A stretch of DNA of 64,000 nucleotides, from NCBI GenBank assembly GCA_964505155.1, contig CAZDGL010000003.1:5728-69727 (forward strand), in the 5' to 3' direction. The stretch comes from an uncultured Candidatus Saccharibacteria bacterium (GTDB taxonomy: Bacteria; Patescibacteriota; Minisyncoccia; Phycocordibacterales; UBA9973). The translations under genes and the position numbers were made by a program. Below the pieces are notes generated by a model. The model did no database searches. It saw nothing but the letters and a program-made list of their open reading frames with translations, and had not been told where the DNA came from. Shown piece by piece: positions 38,802 to 48,358 of the stretch (within the stretch, counting starts at the first letter, position 1; each line of letters opens with the position of its first letter).

Positions 38802-38931
38802 AAACCCGATCTCTCGGGCTTTTTACACTAGCTGTTTATATGCCAGGTAGCTAGTTCTGCTGGGGTCTTTATACACCGACAATTACTTTTTTTAATACTA
38901 CTAATTTCTATATAAAAATCAAATTTAAGAT

Positions 38932-39792
38932 CTAGAAAATATTCTTGGCAAAAAGTTCCATTGAGACTAGAGCGCCGATGAGGGTGTTAATGAGTGGGAA
39001 GTAGGTATAGAGCTTAAAGAGTGCTTCAGGTGTCTTTGCTCTTTGGCTACGCCACATAAAATATGAAAATGTTATGACGCCTATGATAGAAGCTATAGGT
39101 ATGATGTCTCGCACGAGATATCCAGCAAATGCATAGAGGAACCAGCACAGAGCAATAGTGCGTCTCTCGCCAATCATGATAGCGATAGTATGTAGCCCTG
39201 CTTGTAGGTCTGCTTTGATGTCAGGCACTGCGCTATAGGCATGCATTGCTATAGCCCAACACATTCCAGCAATCACGCCGACAGCAGGGAAGGCTACTCC
39301 TCCGGCAAGATAATATCCAAACACACCAGTTGCCACGTAGTGCCCAGCAGAAAATAGTGAGTCTATAACAGGTTTGGCTTTGGCTCGTATCGGACTTGCA
39401 GAATAAAACGATGCAAAAAATACAAAGGCAAAAAAAGAAATAAGTAGAGGAGTATAAAGTGAAAAGAATATAAGAAAAAAGAAAAAAGGAATATTGGTCC
39501 ATATTATCCAACGCCAAAGTGCTCGCTGTCTCTCAGGGGGCACGAGTGCTTCGTAAGCATTGTCACCTTTTTTGGGGTTGAGTTTGTCTGTCTCATAATC
39601 AAAGATATCGTTGATACCATATATCAAGATATTTGCTGGGATTAGGAAGTATAGTGCAAATACCCAGTACCTCCAGTCTGAGAAAAAAGACAGTCCTTGT
39701 AGTGCCCCTACTGTACCCACAAGTCCAAATGTTGCTGCTTCATAAAGCCAAAAACGTGGTCTAGATATTTTGATAACTTCTTTGAATTTCAT
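38932..39792 (-). CDS. UbiA-family prenyltransferase, lycopene elongase (LyeJ/CrtEb)-like
   Basis: SRPRFWLY, YGINDIFDYETDKLNPKK, HAYSAVPDIKAD; adjacent to crtBI. Confidence 0.8.
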   Translation of the reverse strand: MKFKEVIKISRPRFWLYEAATFGLVGTVGALQGLSFFSDWRYWVFALYFLIPANILIYGINDIFDYETDKLNPKKGDNAYEALVPPERQRALWRWIIWTNIPFFFFLIFFSLYTPLLISFFAFVFFASFYSASPIRAKAKPVIDSLFSAGHYVATGVFGYYLAGGVAFPAVGVIAGMCWAIAMHAYSAVPDIKADLQAGLHTIAIMIGERRTIALCWFLYAFAGYLVRDIIPIASIIGVITFSYFMWRSQRAKTPEALFKLYTYFPLINTLIGALVSMELFAKNIF

Positions 39793-39848
39793 AAATAGAT
39801 ATTACCACAAATAAAACCACCCTCATTGGCTTGAGGGGGTAGTTTTGT

Positions 39849-40025
39849 TTATTTAATATTTTTTACTACTGCAAAACCAGGTTCTGTTTCTACAGTACTC
39901 ACTTTTTCTACTTTTTCTTTAAAGCTCAGAGGGTACTTTTTGCTTTCCTCTAATGCCTTGAAGGACACAAAGATGACAGAACCTATAATGAGGAGAAGTA
40001 CTCCTACAAAGCTATAGGTTTTCAT
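39849..40025 (-). CDS. Small (58 aa) single-TM orphan below the ORF-track cutoff
   Basis: MKTYSFVGVLLLIIGSVIFVSFKALEESKK...VKNIK*; TTGACA(40102)-17-TAAAAT upstream and a hairpin terminator at about 39813-39846. Confidence 0.6.
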   Translation of the reverse strand: MKTYSFVGVLLLIIGSVIFVSFKALEESKKYPLSFKEKVEKVSTVETEPGFAVVKNIK

Positions 40026-40135
40026 GTTGATTGTTTTTATAATTATATAACAAAATAAATACTTTCACTTACTATTTTATCATATAATTAGTGATTTGTC
40101 AAGTCAAAAAATACTTGCTATGCTAAACTTGTTTT

Positions 40136-41380
40136 ATGATTCGTCAAGATTTAGACAAATTAAAATTGCCTGAAACTCCGGGTGTATATGTCTGGCGTGA
40201 TAAGGAGGGCAAGATTTTGTATATAGGTAAGGCTACATCACTTCGCGATCGTGTGCGGAGTTATTTTGCGCCTGACGTGATCAAGGCTCGCGGTGCTCAT
40301 ATCGTTGATATGGTATTTAAGGCCTCTACAGTGACTTATCAAGAAACCATGAATGCTCTTGAAGCCTTGATACTTGAAGCCAACCTTATCAAGCGCTATA
40401 AGCCTTATTACAATACCAAAGAAAAAGACGACAAAAGCTTTAACTGTGTGGCTATTACCAAGGAACCATTTCCAAAAGTCATTCTCGTCCGTCAAAAGGA
40501 TATAGATACCAAAAACAAAACAGTCAAAGTTTTGCGTGATCCAAAACCTATATCTTACGATACTGTTTTTGGCCCATATCCGAAGGGTTCTTCTATCAAA
40601 GAGGCCCTCCGAATACTACGCCGGATTTTTCCATTTAGAGATATCGTTTCTTCCAAAAAAGATAACACTGTCTTTTATCGCCAAATCGGTCTTGCTCCAG
40701 ATACTGCTTCTACAGAAGCAGAGCTCATGTACAAGAAGACTATAAGTCGACTCAAGATGATCTTTGAAGGCAAGTATCAAAAGCTTTTGAGTGCTTTGAA
40801 AAAGGATATGATGGTCGCTGCCAAGCGTGAGCAGTTTGAGCTGGCAAATGAGTTAAAGCAAAAAGTCTTTGCCTTGGAACATATCCAAGATATTTCTTTG
40901 ATCAAGAGAGATTTGTCTTCAAGTATCTCTGGTGAGCAGTTTCGTATCGAGGCTTATGATGTCGCGCATATCTCTGGCAAGCAAATGGTCGGTGTGATGA
41001 CGGTGGTCACAAATGCTGTAGCTGACAAAAATGAATATCGAAAGTTTGTTATCAAAGGCTTTGAAAAAGCAAATGATGCTGGAGCACTCCGAGAAATCCT
41101 AACAAGACGCTTTGCTCATCCAGAGTGGACTTTGCCAAATGCCATAGTAGTAGACGGTAATGCTATCCAAATAAATGTAGCTAAAGAAGTTTTGAAAGAA
41201 TTAAATCTAAAAATAGAAATCATTGCTGTTACCAAAGATGAACGTCACAGAGCCAAAGCCATAACAGGGAAAAAAGAGATAGTCGAAGCTCGTAAATACG
41301 ACATTTTGCTAGCCAACTCTGAAGCCCACAGATTTGCTATATCTTTCCACAAGCAAAGACGCAAAAACGCCTTTAAATAA
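40136..41380 (+). CDS. uvrC: Excinuclease ABC subunit C, compact form
   Basis: GIY-YIG domain (PGVY..LYIGKA), UVR domain, RIEAYDVAHISG, VVDG, EAHRFAI; no HhH tail. Confidence 0.93.
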   Translation: MIRQDLDKLKLPETPGVYVWRDKEGKILYIGKATSLRDRVRSYFAPDVIKARGAHIVDMVFKASTVTYQETMNALEALILEANLIKRYKPYYNTKEKDDKSFNCVAITKEPFPKVILVRQKDIDTKNKTVKVLRDPKPISYDTVFGPYPKGSSIKEALRILRRIFPFRDIVSSKKDNTVFYRQIGLAPDTASTEAELMYKKTISRLKMIFEGKYQKLLSALKKDMMVAAKREQFELANELKQKVFALEHIQDISLIKRDLSSSISGEQFRIEAYDVAHISGKQMVGVMTVVTNAVADKNEYRKFVIKGFEKANDAGALREILTRRFAHPEWTLPNAIVVDGNAIQINVAKEVLKELNLKIEIIAVTKDERHRAKAITGKKEIVEARKYDILLANSEAHRFAISFHKQRRKNAFK

Positions 41381-41398
41381 AGGTTTTTTGGAAAGTAC

Positions 41399-41427
41399 TT
41401 GACAAAAAAGTATATATAAGCTATGAT
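41399..41427 (+). promoter_or_regulatory. Near-consensus sigma70 promoter
   Basis: TTGACA-17 bp-TATGAT. Confidence 0.75.
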
Positions 41428-41433
41428 AATAAA

Positions 41434-42018
41434 AAAGTTATTTATATGCTAAAAAACGATTTATCATTTTGGGTTTGAAGGGGAAAGCAAAAAGAAACTT
41501 TCCAGTCTTCACCTAGTTACTTGGTAACAAAAATACATGTTTCAGAGCCAAAGATACACTAATTTGGGCCAGAATCTGAGCTTATATTTAAAATGGTAAG
41601 TAAGTATTATCAATAGTTAGATATGTTTCTAATCAGACTCCTACGAGTACAGAGTCTATGTGTCGTTGGGTCAATTAAAAAGTTCCTCAATGATTAACAT
41701 GATAGGTCTGGGACCAATTACGCCACCTCGTAAAAAGCGGCGTTATCTGTAGATTACATATCCTCTTTGTTGAAAGTTGCGATCGCAATAAGTAAGCAAT
41801 GCAGTTTTAAGTAGTAAAACCGAGCTGTGATTCTCTGGATAGAATCGTTATGTGTTAACAAACAGCGCTTTTTGTTTCAAACCACGTTTTGTGGAAATCA
41901 AAAAGAGGTTCAAGGACTTATTACCGAAAATACTGAGAAGAGTTTAGTGAACACTACCTGATCAGTACACTAAGCCAAACAAAAGAAACTTAACAAAACC
42001 TCGATATTCGGGGTTTTT
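41434..42018 (+). ncRNA. Candidate large (~580 nt) structured non-coding RNA
   Basis: Promoter upstream, terminator AAAACCTCGATATTCGGGGTTTTT at 41995-42018, about 10 hairpins, no ORF >=60 aa in any frame. Confidence 0.55.
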
Positions 42019-42055
42019 TATTTACCTCAGGGTTTAAATGTTGTAAAATACAAGT

Positions 42056-43105
42056 ATGAATACATCTAAGAAGATTTGGGTTATTGTTGTTTTTTCTGTA
42101 GTTATTTTGACTTCTGGGTTTTTGACTTCTATTTTTTTGACCAGCAAAATAGATAGAGAACAAAGAGAACAGCTTTTGATAGATGCCAAGCAGGCTGCGC
42201 TTTTGGTGCCGACTTCTACTCTTAGCACTCTTTCAGCTAGTCCTTCTGATGTTGGCAACCCTCTTTATTCAGAAATGAAAGAAAAGCTAATGATGTTTCG
42301 CCAGTACAATCCACAAAACCGCTTCGTCTATGTTTTGGGCTATAAACCAGAAATCAAAAAACAGTTTTTCTTTGTAGACTCAGAACCTGTCTCTTCTAGT
42401 GACTATTCAGCTCCAGGTGCCCTTTTTCCAGATACAAGAGAAAAAGATATAGAAAATTATCTCAAAGGTGAAGCTTATACCGATGGACCTTATAGTGATA
42501 GTTGGGGTGAATGGGTCTCTGGTTATGCACCTATCAAAGATAATAGTGGAGAAATGATAGGGCTTTTGGGTATAGATACAGCAACTAGCATTTGGCATGA
42601 GCAAATAGGTTTTGTGCGCACTGTTGTTTTGCTTATATCAATACTGCTTTGTTTGTTGTTTGGTTTTATAGTCTATGTTTTAAACAAAAAGCAAAGCTCT
42701 ATCAATACCTTGGTAAAAGAAAACCAAAATCTTTATAACAAAGAAAATAAATTTAAAGAAATGCAGGATTTGGCTCACTTAGGAAGGATCTCTGTTTATT
42801 TTCCAGAGCAAACTTTTGTTTTTGATGGCGCGATAACCAAAAGCCTAGCTATATCTGATGGGGAGAGGCTTAGTAAAGAAGATTTTTCAAATTTTATAAA
42901 AGATTCTGACAAAGATAAGCTTCAAAGTTTCTTGGACTCTTTTAAGGAGACCAAAGATGTCTATGGATGGCTTGATATAGCGCTTGGAACAAAAGATCGA
43001 GGTTATAGAACATTTCATATCTATGGCAACTTACAGAGAGATGAACTACTGGCGCCAAAGAAATTCTCTGGTATCATCCAAGACATTACTGACATAAACA
43101 ATTAA
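42056..43105 (+). CDS. Two-TM Cache-like sensor with a cytoplasmic PAS-like domain and no output domain
   Basis: GPYSDSWGEWVSGYAPI..IGLLGID; protein ends at GIIQDITD (PAC end motif). Confidence 0.75.
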   Translation: MNTSKKIWVIVVFSVVILTSGFLTSIFLTSKIDREQREQLLIDAKQAALLVPTSTLSTLSASPSDVGNPLYSEMKEKLMMFRQYNPQNRFVYVLGYKPEIKKQFFFVDSEPVSSSDYSAPGALFPDTREKDIENYLKGEAYTDGPYSDSWGEWVSGYAPIKDNSGEMIGLLGIDTATSIWHEQIGFVRTVVLLISILLCLLFGFIVYVLNKKQSSINTLVKENQNLYNKENKFKEMQDLAHLGRISVYFPEQTFVFDGAITKSLAISDGERLSKEDFSNFIKDSDKDKLQSFLDSFKETKDVYGWLDIALGTKDRGYRTFHIYGNLQRDELLAPKKFSGIIQDITDINN

Positions 43106-43107
43106 CA

Positions 43108-43845
43108 ATGGCAACTGAAAAAATATATCTATATGGCAAACATGCTCTCTCAGAGGCTCTTTTGGCTCACCCAGAAGTAGTGCAAAAGGTATTTTTGAGT
43201 AAGGAAATGGAGTCCGATAGTGAGCTTGGCGGTCTTTTAAAAAAGCACAATATCGCAGTCAGTAGTATGAAAGGGGAAGTCAAAAAGGACGTTGGCAGTG
43301 ACGCAGTTCACCAAGGAGTTATTGCAGTTATAAATCCTGAGAAGCTCTATAGCACCATGGAGCAAGCTTTAGAAGAAGCTTCAAAAAAACAAAACCCTTG
43401 TATCGTACTTCTGGATGAGCTTCACGATCCACACAATGTCGGTGCTATTGTTCGTAGCGCTGTAGCTTTTGGTGCTAGTGCTATTCTTATGCCTAAACAC
43501 AACCAGTCCCCAATAACTGGTGTGGTGATCAAAACCTCAGTTGGCATGGTTTTTCGCATACCGATAGTTTTGATAGGCAACGTCAACCAGACTATTCGTG
43601 ATCTCAAAGAAAAGGGATACTGGTCTTATGGACTTGTGATGAATGGTAGCACCAAGCTCTCTGAAGCTAAGTTTGATAGTCCGACGCTTATCATAGTAGG
43701 AAACGAATCAGTTGGCATAAGAGAAAAGACACTTGAGCTTTGTGATATCCCTCTTTCTATCCCGATGGACCAAAGGTGCGAGTCACTAAACGCTGCTACT
43801 GCTACTTCAGTAGTTTTATATGAATACAGTCGTGCAAATCTCTAG
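43108..43845 (+). CDS. rlmB: 23S rRNA 2'-O-methyltransferase, TrmH/SpoU family
   Basis: HQGV, DPHNVGAIVRSA, VGNESVG, ESLNAA. Confidence 0.88.
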   Translation: MATEKIYLYGKHALSEALLAHPEVVQKVFLSKEMESDSELGGLLKKHNIAVSSMKGEVKKDVGSDAVHQGVIAVINPEKLYSTMEQALEEASKKQNPCIVLLDELHDPHNVGAIVRSAVAFGASAILMPKHNQSPITGVVIKTSVGMVFRIPIVLIGNVNQTIRDLKEKGYWSYGLVMNGSTKLSEAKFDSPTLIIVGNESVGIREKTLELCDIPLSIPMDQRCESLNAATATSVVLYEYSRANL

Positions 43846-43877
43846 TTTGTACAAAAATTCTGTTATAATATTAAGTA

Positions 43878-45719
43878 ATGCAAAATGATGGTGAACGAAT
43901 AACATATTTCGGCGAAACAAATTTTCGTAACCAACAAACTCGCTTTGGTATCAAAAGTCGAGATAGAACTCGTCACATGTATGTGGTAGGAAAGAGTGGT
44001 GTAGGAAAATCTACGCTTTTAGAGAACATGGCTATACAAGACATTCAAAACGGTGAAGGTGTGGCAGTGCTCGATCCGCACGGAAGCTTTGCTGAGAAAA
44101 TGCTTGATTATGTTCCAGAGCATCGTATCAAGGATGTAGTTTATTTTGCTCCTTTTGATATAGACAATCCCGTTTCTTTTAACATGCTCGAGGATATCGG
44201 CGAAGACAAACGTCACTTTGTGGCGTCAGGTCTGATGAGTACCTTCAAAAAGATTTGGGTAGATGCCTGGAGTGCTCGTATGGAGTACATTCTCAACAAT
44301 ATTCTTTTGGCTCTGCTTGAATATCCAGATGCAACACTTTTGGGGGTAAATCGCATGCTCTCTGATAAGGCTTTTCGAAAAAAGGTTGTTGAAAATATCA
44401 AAGACCCTTCTGTTAAAGCTTTTTGGACTGATGAGTTTGAAAAGTATGGTGAGCGCTATATGCAAGAAGCTGGCGCAGCTATTCAAAACAAGATCGGTCA
44501 GTTTACTGCCAATCCGCTTGTTAGAAATATTATCGGTCAACCCAAGTCAAGTTTTGATGTTCGAGAAATGATGGACAACAAAAAGATTTTGATAGTCAAC
44601 TTATCAAAAGGGCGAATAGGAGAGCAAAACACAAGTCTTCTAGGGTCTATGATTATCACCAAGATATATATCGCAGCTATGAGTCGCGCAGACGTTTCGC
44701 ACACTCGTATGTCCGAGCTTCCGCCATTTTATTTTTATGTCGACGAGTTCCAGTCTTTTGCTAACGAATCTTTTGCCAACATTCTCTCTGAGGCGCGTAA
44801 ATACAAACTCGCTCTCATCATCGCCCACCAATATATTGCTCAAATGGAAGAATCTGTCCGTGACGCTGTCTTTGGAAACGTAGGGACAAGTGTTTCTTTT
44901 CGGGTTGGACCACTTGATTCAGAAATGCTCGAAAAGGTATATGCACCACAGTTTACTGCCAATGACTTGGTAAACCTAGGTTTTGCGCAGATCTACCTTT
45001 CTTTGATGATCAATGATATGGGTTCACAACCTTTTTCTGCCAAAACCTTAGCCCCAATACCTCGGCCCGATATTACTTACAAAAACGATGTTATCGAATG
45101 GACACGAAGTCGCTATGCTTTACCTAAAGAAAAAGTAGAACAAAATATCAGAGACTGGTTCTCTGCTGGAAATGAAGTACCCCCCAACTCTGAAAAACCA
45201 TCTTATGAAAAAAAGCCTTATGTTCCAAATGCAGGCAAAGACTCTTTTGCACCAAGATCAAAACCAGCTTATCAAAATACAAGCAACTCTTCACCCAAGA
45301 ACTTCTCAGAAAATAAAACTGAAAAACCAAAGGTCCACATGCCATTTAAAAAGGTCTTTGATGTTGATTTAAAAACTGAAAAACCAAAAGAAGAGACAGA
45401 AATTTCTTCTTTACTTGACTCTTTGGACACTGAGTCATCCAAAATTAATCAGTCCCCACAGCCTAAAATTTTTCCAAAGACCTCAACACCTTTCTCTGGA
45501 GAAAAGCCTCTTTCAGAGACTATTGCCCCAGTAAAGGTGGCAGAGAGAGGTCCTAAAGAAGCTAGTCGTAATCTTCTGAAAGAAGCTTTAATGAAAGCCA
45601 ATTTTCCCATAGAGGATAAAAAAATAGAACAAAAAGATGTTAATATAAAAACAGGAGATAAATCAGCAGATCAAACAGGTGAAATCTCTCACCAAGATTT
45701 ACAAAAAATATTAGAATAA
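43878..45719 (+). CDS. VirD4/TraD-like coupling-type ATPase
   Basis: RHMYVVGKSGVGKS, DPHG, YVDEFQ, EARKY..AHQY; low-complexity C-terminal tail. Confidence 0.85.
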   Translation: MQNDGERITYFGETNFRNQQTRFGIKSRDRTRHMYVVGKSGVGKSTLLENMAIQDIQNGEGVAVLDPHGSFAEKMLDYVPEHRIKDVVYFAPFDIDNPVSFNMLEDIGEDKRHFVASGLMSTFKKIWVDAWSARMEYILNNILLALLEYPDATLLGVNRMLSDKAFRKKVVENIKDPSVKAFWTDEFEKYGERYMQEAGAAIQNKIGQFTANPLVRNIIGQPKSSFDVREMMDNKKILIVNLSKGRIGEQNTSLLGSMIITKIYIAAMSRADVSHTRMSELPPFYFYVDEFQSFANESFANILSEARKYKLALIIAHQYIAQMEESVRDAVFGNVGTSVSFRVGPLDSEMLEKVYAPQFTANDLVNLGFAQIYLSLMINDMGSQPFSAKTLAPIPRPDITYKNDVIEWTRSRYALPKEKVEQNIRDWFSAGNEVPPNSEKPSYEKKPYVPNAGKDSFAPRSKPAYQNTSNSSPKNFSENKTEKPKVHMPFKKVFDVDLKTEKPKEETEISSLLDSLDTESSKINQSPQPKIFPKTSTPFSGEKPLSETIAPVKVAERGPKEASRNLLKEALMKANFPIEDKKIEQKDVNIKTGDKSADQTGEISHQDLQKILE

Positions 45720-45726
45720 ATTTTTT

Positions 45727-47052
45727 ATGATTCGTAACTTAGCGATATTTTTCGTTATAGTTCTTATAAAAACAAGCAGTTGCTATGCTGATATTTTAGT
45801 CACCGAAATAAACTGGATGGGAAGTACTGATAGTCAGTTTGCCGAATGGATAGAACTCTACAACAACTCAGATGAGGAGGTAAATCTTTCAGGTTGGAAG
45901 CTTTATGAAGCAGGTGGAGATACTTTGGTTTTTACTTTTACAAAAAAGATAGCAGGCAAATCTTATCTTTTGCTTGAGCGGACAACGACTAGTTCGCCAG
46001 ACCCAGTACCAAGTGTAAATGATGAATTAGGATCTTTTGGTGGGAGTGGGTTTTCAAACTCGGGTGAGTTTTTGGTTTTGAAAGACAATGCCAATAATAC
46101 TGTGCAGTCTTTAAACTTTTCTCCAGGCTGGCCAGCAGGAGATAGTGAAAGCAAAAAGACTATGCAGTGGGATGGATCAAAGTGGATAACCTCAAGTCCA
46201 ACACCAAAGGCAGGACTCACCAGTACTACTATCACCCCAGAAGAGCCAACTACTTCTGGAGGCGGGAGTTTTGTTCCTGAGAAATTTGAACCCAAAGTGA
46301 CTCTTAGTCTTCCTAAGGTTATCTACACAGATATCGTTTATGAATACAAGGCCGAAACGTATTTGGAATACGGGCTAGTTTATAATGGAGTTTTTGTTTG
46401 GAATATGGGAGACGGCACTATATATAAAAGCCAAAATCCGGAAATAGTGAAGCACAGATACAAATACCCTGGATCTTATATGGTATCTTTTGGGTACTAT
46501 CGAAATCCTTATGAAAAAAAGCCAGTTCTTTTTACCAAAGAAAAAAGATTGGTTGAAAATTCAAAACTAGTCTTTAAAGTACTTCCCGATAAAGGCTTTG
46601 AAATCACCAACAATACAAGCGATGACTTTGATGTCTCTCTTTGGATTATAAAGCTCTCTGACAATAACACTCTGACTTTACCAGAGCTTTCTTTGATTGC
46701 CCCTAAATCAACAATAATCATACCTTTTTCTAACTTCGGATTATCTTCTTATTTGGGTGAAGCGACTTTGTTGACCCCAGAATGGTTAGCTTTTGGGGCT
46801 GATCAGACTGAACCTATAAAATACACTAGCGTAAAGGTTGATAACAAAAAATCTCCTAGTCAAACTGGGGAAGTTTTAGGTGAAAGTGCTTTTGGAGAAA
46901 ATATTATAAAAGAAGAACTCAAGCAAGAAGGTGAAAAACCGATAAAAAACAACAAAGACTATACCCGTATTATAATCCTCAGTATAGCCTTAGTTATTGT
47001 TATTTTTCTTTTTGTTCTTTTAGAGAAGTTTATTGGGTCAAAGGAGGAGTGA
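45727..47052 (+). CDS. Lamin-tail-domain + PKD surface protein with C-terminal TM
   Basis: ITEINW-like ..EWIELYN..LSGWKL; WNMGDG..HRYKYPGSY. Confidence 0.8.
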   Translation: MIRNLAIFFVIVLIKTSSCYADILVTEINWMGSTDSQFAEWIELYNNSDEEVNLSGWKLYEAGGDTLVFTFTKKIAGKSYLLLERTTTSSPDPVPSVNDELGSFGGSGFSNSGEFLVLKDNANNTVQSLNFSPGWPAGDSESKKTMQWDGSKWITSSPTPKAGLTSTTITPEEPTTSGGGSFVPEKFEPKVTLSLPKVIYTDIVYEYKAETYLEYGLVYNGVFVWNMGDGTIYKSQNPEIVKHRYKYPGSYMVSFGYYRNPYEKKPVLFTKEKRLVENSKLVFKVLPDKGFEITNNTSDDFDVSLWIIKLSDNNTLTLPELSLIAPKSTIIIPFSNFGLSSYLGEATLLTPEWLAFGADQTEPIKYTSVKVDNKKSPSQTGEVLGESAFGENIIKEELKQEGEKPIKNNKDYTRIIILSIALVIVIFLFVLLEKFIGSKEE

Positions 47053-47749
47053 TTTCTTCTACTACATCAGGCATATCGTCACCAAGCTCTTTTTCTATTT
47101 TCTCAAGCTCTTTTGAAACGATTTTATCTTCTTGTTTTGAAACCTTGGCCAAAGTTTCATCTACCGCCTTGAAAGCATCTTCATTTTTTTCATCTCCTTC
47201 AGTTGCGTATTTTTTGAGTTCTTCTTTTTGACTTTTTAGACTCTCTTCTAGATCCGCTGTTACCTTCAAAGCCTCTGTTGTATCTGTTTTTGCAAGTTCT
47301 TCAGAAAGATTTTCTATATGAGTGTCGAGTGCCCGTTGAGCTGTTTCTTGTTTGGCTTTGGTCAGTGTTTTGGTTGCGGCGAGTGTTTTTATTTCTCCTA
47401 GACGATTGTCTATGCGAGATTTTTGCCAAGAGATTTTATCACTTGGATTTTTGATAAATGCACCTTTAACTTCTTCATTGACATTAACCTTGAAAGAGTA
47501 AAGTGCGTCTCCTGGAAGAGAGTTGTCAGCCACTACAGAAACACTACCACCGACAAAGATTATAAATATAAAAGTAGAAAGTCCGATACGCAGTCCGTGT
47601 TGTAGACCTGTATAAAATATAGAAACACGAGGTTTTGATTCGAGTGTCTGGATACTACGAGCAACTGAAGCACGCAAAACAGACCTCTCTTTTTCCGTTA
47701 GAGAGATACTCTTTAGCATCTTTAGTTGTTCTAGTTTTTTATCAATCAT
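47030..47749 (-). CDS. DUF5667-type putative anti-sigma membrane protein
   Basis: TM followed by SLPGDALYSFKVNVNE; overlaps the ECF sigma stop. Confidence 0.75.
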   Translation of the reverse strand: MIDKKLEQLKMLKSISLTEKERSVLRASVARSIQTLESKPRVSIFYTGLQHGLRIGLSTFIFIIFVGGSVSVVADNSLPGDALYSFKVNVNEEVKGAFIKNPSDKISWQKSRIDNRLGEIKTLAATKTLTKAKQETAQRALDTHIENLSEELAKTDTTEALKVTADLEESLKSQKEELKKYATEGDEKNEDAFKAVDETLAKVSKQEDKIVSKELEKIEKELGDDMPDVVEEITPPLTQ

Positions 47750-48260
47750 AATGTGTTTCGTTGTAAAATGTTTTGAGTTTTTGAATAATTCTATGAATTC
47801 TAACTGTCATAGCATTGGTTGTTTTGTTGAACAATGTCGCTATCTCTTCTATAGGCTTTTCTTCGGTATAGCGTAAAAAGATTATTTGCCTACTTTCTTC
47901 ATCAAGTTCTTCGAGGAGTCCTTGAACCATTTTGATGTCGTCATTTTTTAGTATTTCTTCGCTATGGTTGTTGGTCTGTGGTTCAAAGCCAGAATCAAGC
48001 AGATCTTCAAGTGAAGAGCTTTTACTTTTTTTGTAGTAGTCGATAACCGCATTTTTGGCAATTCGATACACAAAAGCTTGCTCGTGCTCTATAGCACCGC
48101 CCTTTGCTATATAACCCCAAAGTCTGACAAAAGTGTCCTGGGTGATGTCTAGGGCTGTTTGCCTACCTCCTACACGAAAAAAAACAAAACGAAATATCGC
48201 ATCTTGGTACTCTTCAAAAAGCTTGTGAAATAAGGCTTGTTTTTGGTTTTCGGAATTCAT
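47742..48260 (-). CDS. ECF RNA polymerase sigma factor
   Basis: DITQDTFVRLW, YRIAKNAVIDYY, region 4 HTH EEIATLF..VRIHR. Confidence 0.92.
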   Translation of the reverse strand: MNSENQKQALFHKLFEEYQDAIFRFVFFRVGGRQTALDITQDTFVRLWGYIAKGGAIEHEQAFVYRIAKNAVIDYYKKSKSSSLEDLLDSGFEPQTNNHSEEILKNDDIKMVQGLLEELDEESRQIIFLRYTEEKPIEEIATLFNKTTNAMTVRIHRIIQKLKTFYNETHYD

Positions 48261-48358
48261 AGAACCATTTACTCTTAGTGACGACAAAACGCCACAAATA
48301 TTACATTATTATAGCCTAAAATACCGATTTTGGGCATATCTGGTATAATCTTTATATT

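Noticed and set aside
41434-42018. RNase P RNA, tmRNA or group I/II intron
   Set aside because: No GAGGAAAGTCC or tRNA-like ends, no recognisable P7 or domain V, and no interrupted host gene.
43878-45719. Conjugative element / T4SS island
   Set aside because: Stand-alone coupling-type ATPase without relaxase or VirB genes; such genes are common in CPR chromosomes.
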